A DNA stretch of 64,000 nucleotides. Source: Isurus oxyrinchus (taxonomy: Eukaryota). The DNA lies in contig JANJGN010000007.1 in assembly GCA_026770705.1 (NCBI GenBank), positions 97,154,001-97,218,000 of the forward strand, written 5' to 3'. Shown in pieces: positions 12,721 through 25,779 of the stretch. The notes under the pieces were generated by a model. It made no database searches. It was not told the origin of the DNA and worked only from the letters and a program-made list of their open reading frames with translations. Every line of letters begins with the position of its first letter. Positions within the stretch are counted from its first letter, which is position 1. The position numbers and the translations under genes are program-made.

Positions 12721-13664
12721 CCTCTCTGAATGTGAGGAGCATATGAATTATCAATTTGCTTTGTAGCTTAAATGTCCTCACTTAAATATGGAAAGAAATC
12801 TGGTCTTCTGATGTGATGCCCAGTGCGTTCGCCTGCATTTAAGTGCAGAGCGAATTTCATTATTAGCGATTTGTTGTGTGTCAGTGGCATTACCTTGTGT
12901 CAGGCCCGTGCATTCCTAGGCAGACCTAATTCTATAGCCATTTATCTTGTGCCTTTCATGCGGCTGTGCAATTCTACTTATTTTAAATTAATTGATAATT
13001 GGATTTTATACATTGTGTTTGCTTTCCTATTTTTTGGTAATATTTTACTGAGGAATTATTTTTTTCTTCCAATTCGTTTTCCACCAATGTTCTGGATATG
13101 TGTTCAGTGTATGTTATTTCCTTTATTTTCAATTCTGCTCTTATTTCGTTACTCATCCTTAATGTCGCACAGCTGGGCAGAATGTTCTTGGATAGTTTCT
13201 TTCTCATATAATTTAAGTGCCTGTTTTAGGGTTAAGTACTTGTGCCATTGACGGTTGCTTCTGCATTACAATGTAACCTAAGGACTATCTTCCCTAATTG
13301 CTAACTCTTCTAATCCAGCCAGCATCAGCAGGCTGTACTTCTCTCTATGGAACACCTCTAAATACTTCCTTTCATTTCAAGCGTTATCTAAATGGAAGTT
13401 CGTGTGTGTATAAAGATTAGATGACGGAATGGACCGGGGTTAATTATGTCTTTCAAAAGGTGTAAAGCCACGGAGTCTAAATTAATTAAGTGATAAAGGG
13501 ACATAACTTAAGTCATGGGTGGATGTTTTGGGTGTCATGGTTCCTATTTCATGTTGTCTAATTGCATCGTGCAATCATACAGGGAATTTGTGCAGAATTA
13601 ATGTTAAAAATCGCAGGGTTCTTTAAAGTGCCCACCTATTTCTAAGTATGAAATACTTGTTTAT

Positions 13665-13709
13665 CTTTTCGTTGTGCTGATTACGTTCTTTTGGGTTTGC
13701 TTAATATCT
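13665..13709 (-). pseudogene. Copy 1 juxtamembrane exon (dead)
   Basis: Homologous to 46229-46272, but acceptor AG>CG, +1 insertion and donor GT>AT. Confidence 0.65.
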
Positions 13710-14345
13710 CGAAAGGAGAAGTAAATGAGCAAATAGATGGGACAATTCCTTTGAAACCGCATATTAAAATGCGACAACCGGTACCAGGGTGGTGGGTCCT
13801 CCAGAAGACAGAAGCCTGGTTACCAAGCCCACATGCAATTCTTCATCTGCTTTGTTCAATAATACTTACAATGGTCGGTCACCTAATGTTGCGTTTTTAA
13901 GCATGTGCGTAAAGAAAAAAAAATAATAAACCCTGGAAAATGAATGATTTAAAATCCAGGCGGTACTAACAGGTCGCAATTTTAGGATATTTGCTCTGTT
14001 CAGCGTAAAACTTAAAATGGACTGTTCAAGATTAACTTCGCCGCTAACCAGTGTGCAGGGACTACTCAAGCTATCAACATACGAATTTGGTACTGGGAGC
14101 AATGCACCCGTATGGTAAAATGAATGTGCTAACTGCACTATTACACATGACAATGAGCACTGTTCTAATGAATGAACTCACCAGATGCAGATATCAGAAA
14201 CTGATATACCGCCATTAAATTGGAGCAATTATTAGCGTGCAATATATTTGTGGATGCTGTGCTTAGTATTGACACTTTGCAAGCACTGAATAACATCTGA
14301 ACAGTTCCTCAAATAGCGACTAAATAAATAGAGGCTGGTACTTAG

Positions 14346-14438
14346 CGCTTTGAATCACAATGGAAATTGTGATCAGGAGAAGTACCAATCTTCCACCAAG
14401 ACGACCGGAAATCATTGGATAAGAAAGGTCATCGTAGC
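14346..14438 (-). pseudogene. Copy 1 transmembrane exon
   Basis: tctcgcag acceptor, 93 nt, phase 1-1: GYDDLSYPMISGRLGGRLVLLLITISIVIQS. Donor reads CTAAGT where copy 2 has GTAAGT. Confidence 0.8.
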
Positions 14439-15119
14439 CTGCGAGATTAATCTGCATATATATACGTAATTTGCAAAATATATGCAGCGTTAGAAGATAA
14501 TGATAATTTCCAAAAAGTTCCAAAAGCTTCTTTTTCCTTTTGGGACACGTGTTGTATATGTAGTAAACGAACAAAAATATTGCCAATGAGGATACTGGGT
14601 TCGATACAAAGTAAATACAGGAACACATTCCTGCGAAGTTTCTTTGTTAGATCAAAGCAAGCACAGTGACATAAAAATCATATGATGGTCCACTAACAGA
14701 TAAAGTGAAAACAGGGGAATATTCCCTGTGATCACTCAGAATCGGACTGCCACTCCCAATCCTTGTTGCCCCACCTGATGATTCTGAACAAGATTCCTGA
14801 GATAGCAATGTACTGCAGGCTTTGGAAATCTGAAATACGTTTTATTTAAAGAACGGTGGAAGTACTCGCCAGTTCTGACAGTATCTTCAAAGAAAGACAC
14901 ATTTAATGTATTAGCCCTATGAACTTTCGTCAGTTTTACTTATTAGATTTGCTCATGTTGTTCTATTTGTTTTGTTATTCTGTTACAGGAAGCACATGAA
15001 ATATATCACTGATTCAGAAAAAAATTACCCAGCAGCTTTAAGTTGGACATCCACGAGACTCTGGGGAGAATATGTAGAATCATAACTACTCAACTAGAAT
15101 ATCTAAACTCATGGCCAGG

Positions 15120-16660
15120 CAGATCGGTCACTCCACCAATATCATTTTGCCTTGGTATCAACCTAGTTCAATGGGGAATGCAGGAGGGCAGCACTAATTA
15201 TAACGAAATATGATGCGCCAACCTGGTGAAAACAAAGCACAGAACATCATGCATGCTAAACACCAGAGGGAGCATGCGATAAACGTAACTCAGTAAACTC
15301 ACAATTAATTAATCAGGTCAAATTATGCAGCCTTGTCAACTTCATGCAATAATTGTTGTGGAGAAATAAACTACCAATTATACGAGTCGACTCAACCAAC
15401 ATCCCCACCCTCAACAGCCTGCACACTAATACTCAGTTTTGGTTCCATCAGGAAGACTCGAGTCCAGAAGCCATTACAGTATTAGTCGAACATGGAAAAG
15501 TAGCTCAATTACAGAGGTAAGACCAGAGAGACTGTCAACGAACTCAAGGTAACATTTCATCCAGTATGGTATCAAGGAGCCCTGCCTAATTTGAAGTTAA
15601 TGATGATAAGGGGGAAAAAAACCCTGCACTGTTTGCATTGATACCTCACGCAAAGTCGTGTTTAATGGAGGCCAATGTTCTCAACTGAAACACTTATCTA
15701 CAAGAGGTTTTTAGCCGAGACCAAAGCATAGTTAATTTATTCTTGAATGACCTTCGGTCCATAATTTGGTCAGAAGGGGGATGCTAGTTGAATATTTTAT
15801 ATAATTCGCAACCATTAGTAGCTCCTTAGGTACTGAATCAGTCAAAAGCCGCATGCTGAAGTAAAACTGGACAACATTCAGACTCATGCTGTTAGGGGCA
15901 CATAACATTCGTGCCACAGAAGCACCATCTCCAATAAGAACGAATTTAACTATCTCCAAATGACATTCAACAGCATTACCTTTGCTGAAACCAGAACCAT
16001 CAACATCGTGGGCTTTGCATTTGACCAGGTGGTCAACGCCGGCCACATACATATTCTAACAACAAAGCAGGTTAGCCTCTGGGAATTCTGCGGTCAATTG
16101 CACACCTCTGGGCTCCACAAAACCTGTTCACCATTTACAAGGCATAGATCAGTTGTCAATCACACTTGTCATGCCTATTGAGGACACATCGTTAAGGGCG
16201 GCATATGGCGAATTTCTGACCAAATTGAAAAATCTTCCCTTTCTTAAGATTATATTAAATATCCAAGATATACTGCCCTCATAAAAAATGCAGCTGATAA
16301 TGGGATATTTTCTAGCTGCTAGGATGAGTTAATCTCCAAAAACAGTGAAGAAGCCCCCCTCTGCCCACAACCTTCAACATCAACTCTGTCCACCAACAAC
16401 ACGCAGTGGACAGCAGCATTTACTATCAATGTGATACTTTGACGCAATTAGCCAAACCTCTTTCGAAAACACCTTCAAAATCCATAATTCTACCACCTCG
16501 GAAAGCAAGAGAAGCATACGCAAAGGAACATCGCCACATGCAAGCGCCCTGCCAATCCATACACAATTATGAAGTGCATCTACAAAGCCTTTATTTCATT
16601 ATCCTCGGTGAATATACTGGAACTCCCTTTCTAGCGGCACTAGAGCCTTATCTACACCAC
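15120..16660 (+). mobile_element. Degenerate CR1-clade LINE (same family as 6243-7965)
   Basis: aaccatcaacatcgtggg..tttgaccagg and the downstream thumb and 3' region match the sense strand of that family; also present at 47690-49230. Confidence 0.7.
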
Positions 16661-17732
16661 TGGACTGAGTAGTTCAGTAATATGGCTCATTCAACTCCTT
16701 TTCAAGAGAAATGAAGAATAGACCTATGCAGGCAGCAGTGCTCATTTTCCAAGAAAAGCATAATACAAGTGAACTGAATATAAAATTATTAAAGTGGAAT
16801 GGAAGATTGTGAAGGGGAAATTGCCTCTGATCCTGCTGAAAATAAATGAAATGGTTTCAAGACAAGAGTAGAATCAGGAAACAACAGGGCTCACTCTAGC
16901 CTCTCGCCCCTGAACAATAATAAAAGACTTCGTTTGGAAGTAATTGCCACCTAGGCAAATTGTCTTCTTCCGTGGTGACTCCGGTGATGCCCGAGTATTT
17001 ATGTTGCGTTGGCAGGATTGTGGTTAGTCAATTTACATTCAGAGGCATTGCTAGAAATTACGCCATTTCGTGGGTACCACAAATTTGCTTCAACAAAGTG
17101 GATCCATCAGGCACTAGAAAGGGCAATTATGAATCCCTGAACTTAATATCTCCCAGGGGTCGGCTAATGGCCAGAGTGAAAAAAACATCTCAAATTTGCT
17201 GGGTTAAACTTCTATTTGTAGCTGCATCATTAGCAGAGCAGTAACAACTGGGCATCACGCATTCTCCGACCTTTGAGTCAAATTTCCAATTATGCAACAA
17301 CAGGCAACTTTCAATTTACAGGGAGTAATCCGTTATTTCAACTAACTCACCAGCTGCATCTATCCTTTTTGTACTTGGGGATACTTTAGAGATTTAAAAT
17401 AATCCTTAGGAAGAGAATATTTTTCAATTTAGCCTAAAACCTGAAATTTGCTTACGTCTGAAAAATGGGTGAAGAGTCTTGAGGATTCATGTGTAACTAC
17501 ACTTATAAGCAACTGCTTTTAAAGGCATCATCTCCATATGCCATTCTTAAAGAGGTGTTCTAAATAGCATGTCAGGTTTGAAGCTCAGGAGGAGGGCCAT
17601 GCTCAGATACCAACCTAATCTGTGAGCAAATCTATCCGGCAAAATCGTACCATTGAACATGAGCATTAGGTCGAGCAAGGAATTCCTTTAATGTAAGTTG
17701 TCGCTTCTATGGTAGCAATGGTGCTGTGCGGT

Positions 17733-17969
17733 AGACCATCTCGCTCTCCACAGGCTCTGTCTTAATTATATTGCTCGAAACCTCATAGAGTACTGTCATG
17801 CTCTGCTGTTTGATTTGTTTCAAAGCTTCACCTGTTTCTTACTCATTTTTATACCAAGTGATTTTCAGATGATCCAGGAAAGGTGCAGCCGTTATACACA
17901 CAAGAGTCAGAGGAACTGATGAACGGCCCGCCGACCGTTTGATGACTATCTGGAAAGCTGTCAGAGTGA
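17733..17969 (-). pseudogene. Copy 1 C1-set Ig exon, truncated
   Basis: ttttgtag acceptor: VTLTAFQIVIKRSAGRSSVPLTLVCITAAPFLDHLKITWYKNE*ETGEALKQIKQQSMTVLYEVSSNIIKTEPVESEM. Stop at 17841-17839; the second Cys and donor are lost in a deletion equal to 50299-50453 of copy 2. Confidence 0.88.
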
Positions 17970-19189
17970 CTACAAAAAAAGCTTTTGGTTTTAAGTCTGG
18001 GCTTAGGTACCAGAACGGAAGCAATCTCTAACGCAGGGTAACCCAGAAAGACAACATAAAACCACAGTGAACGTTCAGAACCTAATTTCCTTTATTTTTA
18101 GTATTGTAATCGCCTCGTCCAAGTAAAGGTCGCACCTGAGACCGCAAAACTCTGACACCCACAATATTGCAACTGGATATTAAAAAGTGGGTCGAACTCA
18201 CATTCAAAGTGAAAAAACGAATTTAATGTAATTTCGATGTATGCTCAATGTGATGATTGTGTAAATAATGTGAAAACTTTACCTGCCAGTTCTACAGCCA
18301 GTCGTGGATAAAAGCCCCCGACTAAATTGCTGATTAATCTGATTGTTAACAGTGAGACCTAGATTCTGGGCAAAACATTCCAAACTATCGTCGGGACAGA
18401 ACAATGAATGCACTCTCCATCAAATAGTTGCTTGTGTGCGTTTTTTTAAACAGAAGAACTTCTGAAATTTTAGTTGAAGGATTAGAGTTTTGCATCTTCT
18501 TTCTTTATCAGTTAAATTTGCATTTTAGAGTTATCGTGATTCAAGTAAATGCTTTGTTTTTACTTTGAACCTGGCGGATAAAGGTGCACTGTCATTTCAC
18601 AACATGTAAAAAAGTGACACCGTGTATGATAAACGTTAAAAGTGATCTAACTTGGAAACTAATGCTGGCTGCAAATACAAATGCACATTGTTTTCATTTT
18701 AACGCATGGAATGAGTCATATCTCGGCTTTTTATGTAAAGCAAACATGCAGGGAGATCAAATGTATTTGGATTATCAACGATCATTTGCACATCTGAGTG
18801 CTTGGATTATTTAGTCCGTTTTATAACTCAATAAAAATTCCAGTTTATATATAAAGGTTATAGCGTAAAACAAAATGGACGCGTTTGCCATCATTTTCGA
18901 CTACTTTCCCCCAATATTTAGCTTCCTGTATATTATATTCCATTCAATTTACTTCTTGAAGCTCCGAATGGTAGTTGAATGCACACAATTCTCATTATTG
19001 ACAGAATTTCTCAAAACAAGGTGAAAGAATATGCAGAAACAATAACTAATCAATAACCTATTTCAAAAGTCTTCATGACAAATATTGAGGTGAAAAATCC
19101 GTGCTGAACTGAAATCATCCAGAATGAGGAGAAGCGCTCTTTTCTGGCTGGAGTTATACTTTATATAAAGGATAATGTTGTGCTGTTGC

Positions 19190-19640
19190 ACGACAATCAC
19201 CTCAGCATTGGTACATGTCTCCCAACTTCCACTGTACTGCGGCTTAGACACGTTCAGCTGCTTCATCAATGAACATCCATCCATCCAAAGTCAGCATTTG
19301 TCTTTGGTTCAGTTCCATTCACAATTCGGGTTCTCTGACAATTGATAAGCAGCATTCATGCGAAAAGTATGCCGAATCTATCCTTCTACACTTGACATGC
19401 AAAGGCATTACAATCAACATTCTGGATTTCACAATTAGCAATATAAACTTTCTGGCTTGTTAATGCGGTAATAGCATCTAGCGAGCAAATAAGGATTCTG
19501 GCGCGACTGACCCACCATCCAATTCCCCGATTAGTTTGCATCACCTCCACTGCGCAGTTCAGGAAAGTGAAAGAATTGTCTCCACTTAGCTGAATGATTT
19601 CAGCTATATCAACTTTCAACAAGAGATCAAACACCCAAGG
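19190..19640 (+). mobile_element. Degenerate CR1-clade LINE fragment in the V-C1 intron
   Basis: cagctgcttcatcaatgaacatccatccatc matches the FSCFINDLPS region; also present at about 52450-52950. Confidence 0.55.
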
Positions 19641-20198
19641 TGAAGTATTAAGATTGTTTGGTACCACATCCGTGACTCGAAACATTTAATCTGCCCGCCA
19701 ACGGCGCTACCGTTTCGAGTGCCTATTCTCAACAAAGAACACTGCAGCAATACGCCAAGACTGCTGCGACTACACGTTCCAACTCCTGGACCGCGAATAC
19801 CCAGAATTACATGTGTACCTAGGAATACGCAGCCGTCCAGACAGTAATTCACACATCATCCTGATGTAGGCAGATGTCGCAATTCGTCATGTCGTAGTTG
19901 GATCAAAATCCAGGAACTAACTACTTAATAGAATTGTGGCATTATTTTCAATGCGCGAGATACAAGCTTTCGTGAAGGCGACTTACCACCACTCTAAACA
20001 GAACTAACGATGGGAAGTAAATGCTGCACCTGTCATGAACGCTCAAAACTATTGAATAAATCAATAAAAATCCCTTTTCCTATCCAAAAAACAAATAATC
20101 GCCCCGAAATTATACGAAGTACGCGGTGCCCAAGGGAGTGACGGAAGAGATGGAGAGGGGTGGGAGTAGGTATGATTATGCCACTCGCTAACACCCAC

Positions 20199-20508
20199 CA
20201 TATGCAAACAGTTTAGTGCCGGATCCGTTTACATCCAATGGATATGTTACCCAGCAGCAATAGAGCCGGCAATTTCGTATTTCACGTCCTCCAAATTTAA
20301 GGCAGATCCACCTTTATTTTGGAAATAAAGCCGGATTCTACTGTCCAAACTTTCCTCCAAAAAGCTTTCCCTCCTGTCTCTCTGCCAATGAACTTTACGG
20401 GCCTCTTGTCTGAAAAGATTCGATACGTGCAGTAAAGAGTAAGTGAGTTGCCTCTCGTCACTTTGGATTCGGCAGCTTCTGTCCCGGTCGATGATGGTTC
20501 ACAGGCGC
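20199..20508 (-). pseudogene. Copy 1 V-set exon with germline J-like motif
   Basis: Frame-corrected: GACEPSSTGTEAAESKVTRGNSLTLYCTYRIFSDKRPVKVHWQRDRRESFLEESLDSRIRLYFQNKGGSALNLEDVKYEIAGLYCCWVTYPLDVNGSGTKLFAY. Needs 1-nt deletions at about 20395 and 20265; AG acceptor and GTGGGT donor. Confidence 0.9.
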
Positions 20509-20613
20509 CTGTCAAAAAAAAAATGATTAAACTCACCATTAATGAAACAAACAAAGAATTTGACAGCCTAGCTGACAAAAATTGAGATAGATAAAAGGAA
20601 CACAAATACGCAC

Positions 20614-20665
20614 CTAAAAAGGAGCAGACAGTGATGCAAAAACTAATGAAGAACTTTATATTCAT
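20614..20665 (-). pseudogene. Copy 1 leader (signal peptide) exon
   Basis: ATG 20665: MNIKFFISFCITVCSFL-G, phase-1 GTGCGT donor, 105-nt intron to the V exon. Confidence 0.75.
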
Positions 20666-20899
20666 CAATCAACATGATTAAAGAGCGTTAATTCTTAGAA
20701 AATTGGGCTACAGAGTAAATTTGCCTGTGCAACTTAATGGCAGAATAATCATGCAGTGAAGCAAGGCTCTGAACATCTTGAGTAGCTAAACTGAAGTGAT
20801 CATTTTCATTCAAATGTGTATTGAATTAAGAATACGCGAGGATGTCCGGTTCCATATGCGTTAATGTACGTGTGTTTTCCTGATACTTGAGCTCTCTAT

Positions 20900-21730
20900 C
20901 TACCAGTTGACTATAATCTAAAACTTGAACCCTCGTTATTCAAGGCTGCCGCTGAAGATATTAACGCTGAAGTTAAAGCAGTTACAAATGAAGGATTTCG
21001 TAAATTGTTGTATGGATTCTCCGGCAGGGATTTATTTGCAGATATGTGCCATTAACAAGAGTACATTCAAGCCACGTACTACCTGCGCCGGATTCTATGT
21101 CCATATCAATCTAGGGTATTTGCTTTCGACTTTCCAAATTGTTCCTTGAACTACAAGGAGACCAGCCGATTGAGTGCACATTAAGTTTTGCTATGTTTGG
21201 GCAGCGGCGATCAGAGAATGACGATCACCTTTGCCCGCAAATGAGACATTCCAGACCAACTACATTCAAAGTTCATAATGTCTGGAACACTTCCACATGT
21301 TCGGCCATTCGGTGCTAAATAGCTGAAGGGCACCTCACTTGTTGGCCTGCTGCTCTGTGCCAACATATGAAGGGAAGATTATTCCTTCTGCTCCATTCTG
21401 CCTCTTTCTTCCGAAGTCCACTGCTTCGAATAAGGTTGATCAGGAATCCATTGAGGATGCCGTTACAAACCGCGCTCATAATATTCCTTTCACCCATCCC
21501 CCTAATCAGAAGCGAAAGGAAGGTCGACGCCTGAAACGATATCGAAGCAGGCCTTACTTGATCTCAATGACAGCAGCATGGAAGGCAATGAGCTTGCCGC
21601 ACTGTGAAGTTAGGAAGTACTTGATTGATGATGCAATGTTGATTGATGATGCAATGTTGTCCAAGGCCGGGTTCATCGGCAAACCGCACACGCAGCCTGC
21701 CCCACGAATCCCACCACCTGCGGCCAATTA
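20900..21730 (-). mobile_element. Degenerate CR1-like RT fragment upstream of the leader
   Basis: Minus strand gttcaaggaacaatttggaaagtcgaaagc resembles VPxDWKxAN; also present at about 54280-55090. Confidence 0.45.
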
Positions 21731-22608
21731 AGCATTTGTTTGTTTGTTTTTTCTCATAGCTTGCTATGTGTAAGTTGTTTCAATCTGTGAAGAAGAAAGT
21801 ATGTAATGATTGGAAATTTAATTTAACGGCCTAACTAACGGGGTTGATTTCGCGTAATATCCCCTTGAGTTTCGAAGATACAGCAGTTCAATAAGGTTAA
21901 TAAATACAGATAGGCTAGATACAGGAAACTAATTCCTCTGCTGAGGGTACAGGTTCCGTTGCTATGAACGTAAAATTGGAGCGAGGTTATTCAGACCGAG
22001 ATCAGCAAAAGACGAGGAATTGTGAATTTCCCGCCGGACATAGTATGTTGGTACTCATTGATATGTGCAGAAATAAGAACGACAGAAACTTCATCCAGAG
22101 CAGTGTGCACTGAATGGACAAGGGACATTTACTTGGTGTTGATGTGCAGCTTAGTCAAGATGTAATGAAAAGGCAAAGCAGTCATGGTATCTTCATGTGA
22201 TTCCTTATCATAGCAACTATATATATTTGTTTATATCCTAATGGTGCTACCATACTGGCTTGATTTTTATTACACAGAGACCTGTGCAGAACATTGATTG
22301 CCAATGAGGGTGCGAATTAGATTCAGTGAGAATAACATAGAAAAATGAATGATTGTTGTTTTCGGTTCTCTAAATCCGGAAATCCGTTTACGCAAAATGC
22401 TAAACAAATGACAAGTGGCCTTATCTTGGGGCGGAGTGGTGGCACGGGGGAGGGGTGGGGGAGGGCTTCCTTCTCCGAATTACATGAAACTGTAATATTG
22501 CTGGCCTATTGCCGGGCATTGCCAGTATGTTGCTCGATTTATTTATTCTTTAAGCATGTTCTGCATTCCATGTAGGTAGAGTAAGTCAGCCAACAGGCAG
22601 TTCATAGC

Positions 22609-22670
22609 ATAAATATAAATATAAATATAAATATAAATATAAATATAAATATAAATATAAATATAAATAT
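22609..22670. repeat. (ATAAAT)10 microsatellite
   Basis: Ten perfect hexamer units; not expanded at the paralogous site near 55995. Confidence 0.95.
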
Positions 22671-22999
22671 ACCGTGTAGGAATCGTACAAAGAACATTGA
22701 CCAATTAGCAGACGTCGAAAACCCAAGCAGCTGGCCAGGAAACTTAACTTTCGACTGCGTCACAAAGTATGTCAGTAAGCATCAACTAATTCGAGACAAA
22801 GTAACATGCTTTTAACGGAACAGAAGGAAGACGTACGGCCCACCGTTCTCAAACACGACCCAGCGAAGCAATCCATTCAGTGGCACTTTAAGACTCAACT
22901 CTCATTACTCTGCCAGGTTATTTATTTCGAATGACTCATACTGTACTTCGCTGTATTGAATCTCCTCCACTACTAGTCTACCCATTCGCCTAGCTTGTC

Positions 23000-23900
23000 C
23001 ATGCCCTACTGCAGCCGAATGGCACCTTGCTAACTTCTTGACAATCCTCCGAGTTAATATCACCAGTACATTTTGAAATTATTGCTCCTATTCCAAGGCC
23101 GTCCTGCCACTGGCTGCTGGCGGATCGAACGGTCAAGCAACATCCATTTTGAGAAACAGCCATTTACCACGACTTCTGTTTGTCTTTAGGTCTATTGTTT
23201 TTATCCAATTGAATACTACGCCACCTATTCAATAGGGCCCACTTTTGTTAATCGTATTTTGATGTGATATTTTGTCAAACACTTCCTTGTCAAGCACATA
23301 TAGACAACGTGCACCAAATTCCTATCGTCAACCGTTATGCTGCTTGGTCAAAAAAAAGATTGGTCAAGCAAGATGGGGCTTCTACAAATTACTGCTGCTT
23401 CTCCCTAATGGGCTCACACCTGTCCAACTGCCTGTTGATTTTTATTTCCCTGATTATGGACTCTAAACACGTTGCCGACCGCTAGTGCCAAACCAAGAGA
23501 ACCGTGGGTGCTGGCTTTCTTGAATAAGGGTGTAATATTGACGTTTCTACAATCTTATGCTGCCTCCCCATATCTGGGGAAGATAGAAAAATTATGGCAA
23601 CTCCTTCCCTTATCTCCATTCGAGCTTTCTTCCACAACCATGTATGGAAGCCAAACGGACCAAGTAGCTTACTGACCTTACACATAACCATCCTTTCAAA
23701 GGCCTCATTTCTTTCAGTCCTCACAACAACCATTGCATGCATTATCTCACACTCTGCTGACATTTTGTCAGAATCATCTTCCTCAGTAAGTACGAAAGCA
23801 AAAAGGCTCATTCAGACGTCTAGCTTCATACTGCACCTCCAAGTGTATGTCACCCTCCTTGTCCAAGTTAGGACCAATCTCCTGCTAACTGCCCGCTAAC
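23000..23900 (-). mobile_element. Degenerate CR1 LINE RT
   Basis: Minus strand tccccagatatggggagg...acacccttattcaagaaag (VPEDWR.ANVTPLFKK) and gagtccataatcagggaaat (ESIIRD); also present at about 56330-57230. Confidence 0.75.
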
Positions 23901-25779
23901 TATTTAGCTGCTGGTGGAGTATGGTTGTGTTTCTTTTTAGTTGACTGCCAATCTGCCCTCATGTTCTCTTTGCCAGTCGTATTTTCATCCCCAAGTCCCC
24001 TCTCACCCAACTATATTTGAACTGCTTCTCACTTTCAAAATTCGCTTAACATACAACATATTTCCTCCGCTTTTGATTCATTATAACTACTATCTCCTTC
24101 GTCTGCCAAAGGAAACTGTTTCACTTCGTAACAATACGATCTTCTGTGAATGTACAAAATTTTGTACCTGAAACATCTCTTACTTTAAAGATTATGAATT
24201 GCTGAATTACACTTTCTCCTGTTAGTCTCTTCGATATCATTATGCTGACGAGATCCCTGGTTGCGACATTGAAATTAGTGCTCTTGCAATTCATAAATTC
24301 TATGTTTGATGTGCCCTTGTTCTTACTCCATTAATTACCATACAGTGATCACACTTATACAAGTGTTACTCCACAACTAATCGGTGCACTTCGACCACCT
24401 CATTTACCACCACTACATTACGAAATATTCCCTTCCAGTTCGAACATGAAGATATTGGTCAAGGGTGCTGTCTTGAATGCTTTACAGCAATGCATCCGCG
24501 CTCTTAACATTTACTGTAACATTGTATCAAGCTATATTTGAATGGTTAAAGTGCCCCAATTCTAGTGCAGGTACTTGGTGATTCACCGACCTTATTCATC
24601 ATACTCTACTGGTTTATGCGCATGCATCTTAGTCCTGTCATTGCATTCTTTAGTGTCCTGTTTAGCCTGCTGCAATCAAATGTGATACTATTCCCGTTTC
24701 TTAATTATGTAGCCAGGGAGGAACTTCATGTATATGTTTTTGCGCGACCAGTCGCGACACAAGACTCAACATTGAAATGACATGGCAACATTCTTCACCG
24801 TATGAACACCCGCCAGAAACGCCTTTATAATACTGGGGACATGGTCCAAGATACCACCCGGGACAGCAGGGCCAACACACTGCACATTACTTCCCACGAA
24901 CTGCTTGCCAGTTGCCCTTCTGCTCAATGTGGGTCAGGAGCTGCCACGCATTCGTGGACGATATTTAACTTCCAAGATGTCATGGGTGTTATCTCTGGAG
25001 CTCAGGGATGAATACAGTTTGTGTGGCCTGTAATGCTCACAAACAATGAACCTCGTGTCCGTTGGGAAGCAATGCTCCGCAAGGAACACCGTTGGCTGCA
25101 AGATAGCAAAGCACTCCCACTGACAAAGTAATTCAGCTTAAAAAAAAAACGAAACAAACACATCCATCTGAAATCCCGTAGCTGCTACTGGAAGACATTC
25201 CATGCCATCCAGTCTGATGATAGACCCAAATCTCGATGGTGCACCTCCGAGTTTAATGTAAACATCACCCAGAAGAATGTGACTACCGAGGTGAGTGTTG
25301 AGGGGTAAAAGGTCTAATTGTGCGCGGATATTCAGTTATCTCTTTATTCATTAATTTATTGATTTATTGGTTCTGGGGATGTGGTCATTGCTGGTTCAGT
25401 CGGCATTTACTGCCCATCCATCCCTAATGCCCTTGATATTGTTGTATCTAATTTCGATCATAGCATGATTGCAATTAAGGTTGCCTTTGGAAATAACAAA
25501 CAAGAAACAGTTGTCCAAGCCTGATATTCTCCAGAAAGAGTGCAACATAGTTAAATACAACATGTCATCTTTAGTAGAAATGTTATAAAAATATCCTTGC
25601 ATGTTCGGTCAAAACGAGTACAATAATTTTAGCAGCCAGTTTTACATTTCGTCAGATTTTTTTTTCTGGACCTCTTAATGAACAGTTGATATGCGCGAAA
25701 TGTATCATAGCTCGTTTTGTGAGTTACCTAATCTGCAGCCCGAATGTTTCAAAAGATGACCCATCTGAGTATTTTCCTT

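Larger units (their letters stand above)
8590..20665 (-). pseudogene. VJ-C1-TM-ITIM non-rearranging Ig-superfamily receptor pseudogene, copy 1
   Basis: Exons: leader 20614-20665, V 20199-20508, C1 17733-17969, TM 14346-14438, juxtamembrane 13665-13709, ITIM 8590-8708. Lesions: two 1-nt deletions in V, TAA plus 155-bp deletion in C1, and mutated splice sites. Confidence 0.88.
5830..24700. repeat. Segmental duplication, copy 1 (direct repeat of about 33175-58030)
   Basis: Collinear similarity from aataata..gttgtaatagg (about 5835 / 33175) to caatcaaatgtgatactattccc (about 24695 / 58025); roughly 80-85% identity by eye. Confidence 0.9.

Noticed and set aside
12459-12745. Charged minus-strand ORF and AG acceptor as a cytoplasmic exon
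   Set aside because: Contiguous with a CR1 remnant, and frames disagree between the copies.
14182-14200. 19-nt AG..GTGAGT micro-exon candidate (also 46729-46747)
   Set aside because: It would break the frame between the TM and juxtamembrane exons, which already join in phase.
20100-20700. RAG recombination signals or a rearranging Ig/TCR V segment
   Set aside because: The V exon already contains the G strand and ends at a splice donor. The CACAGTG/CACTGTG sites I checked had no nonamer at 12 or 23 bp spacing.
23482-23811. Acidic ORF similar in both copies (also 56899-57156)
   Set aside because: Off-frame reading of a decayed CR1 RT; the similarity reflects the duplication.
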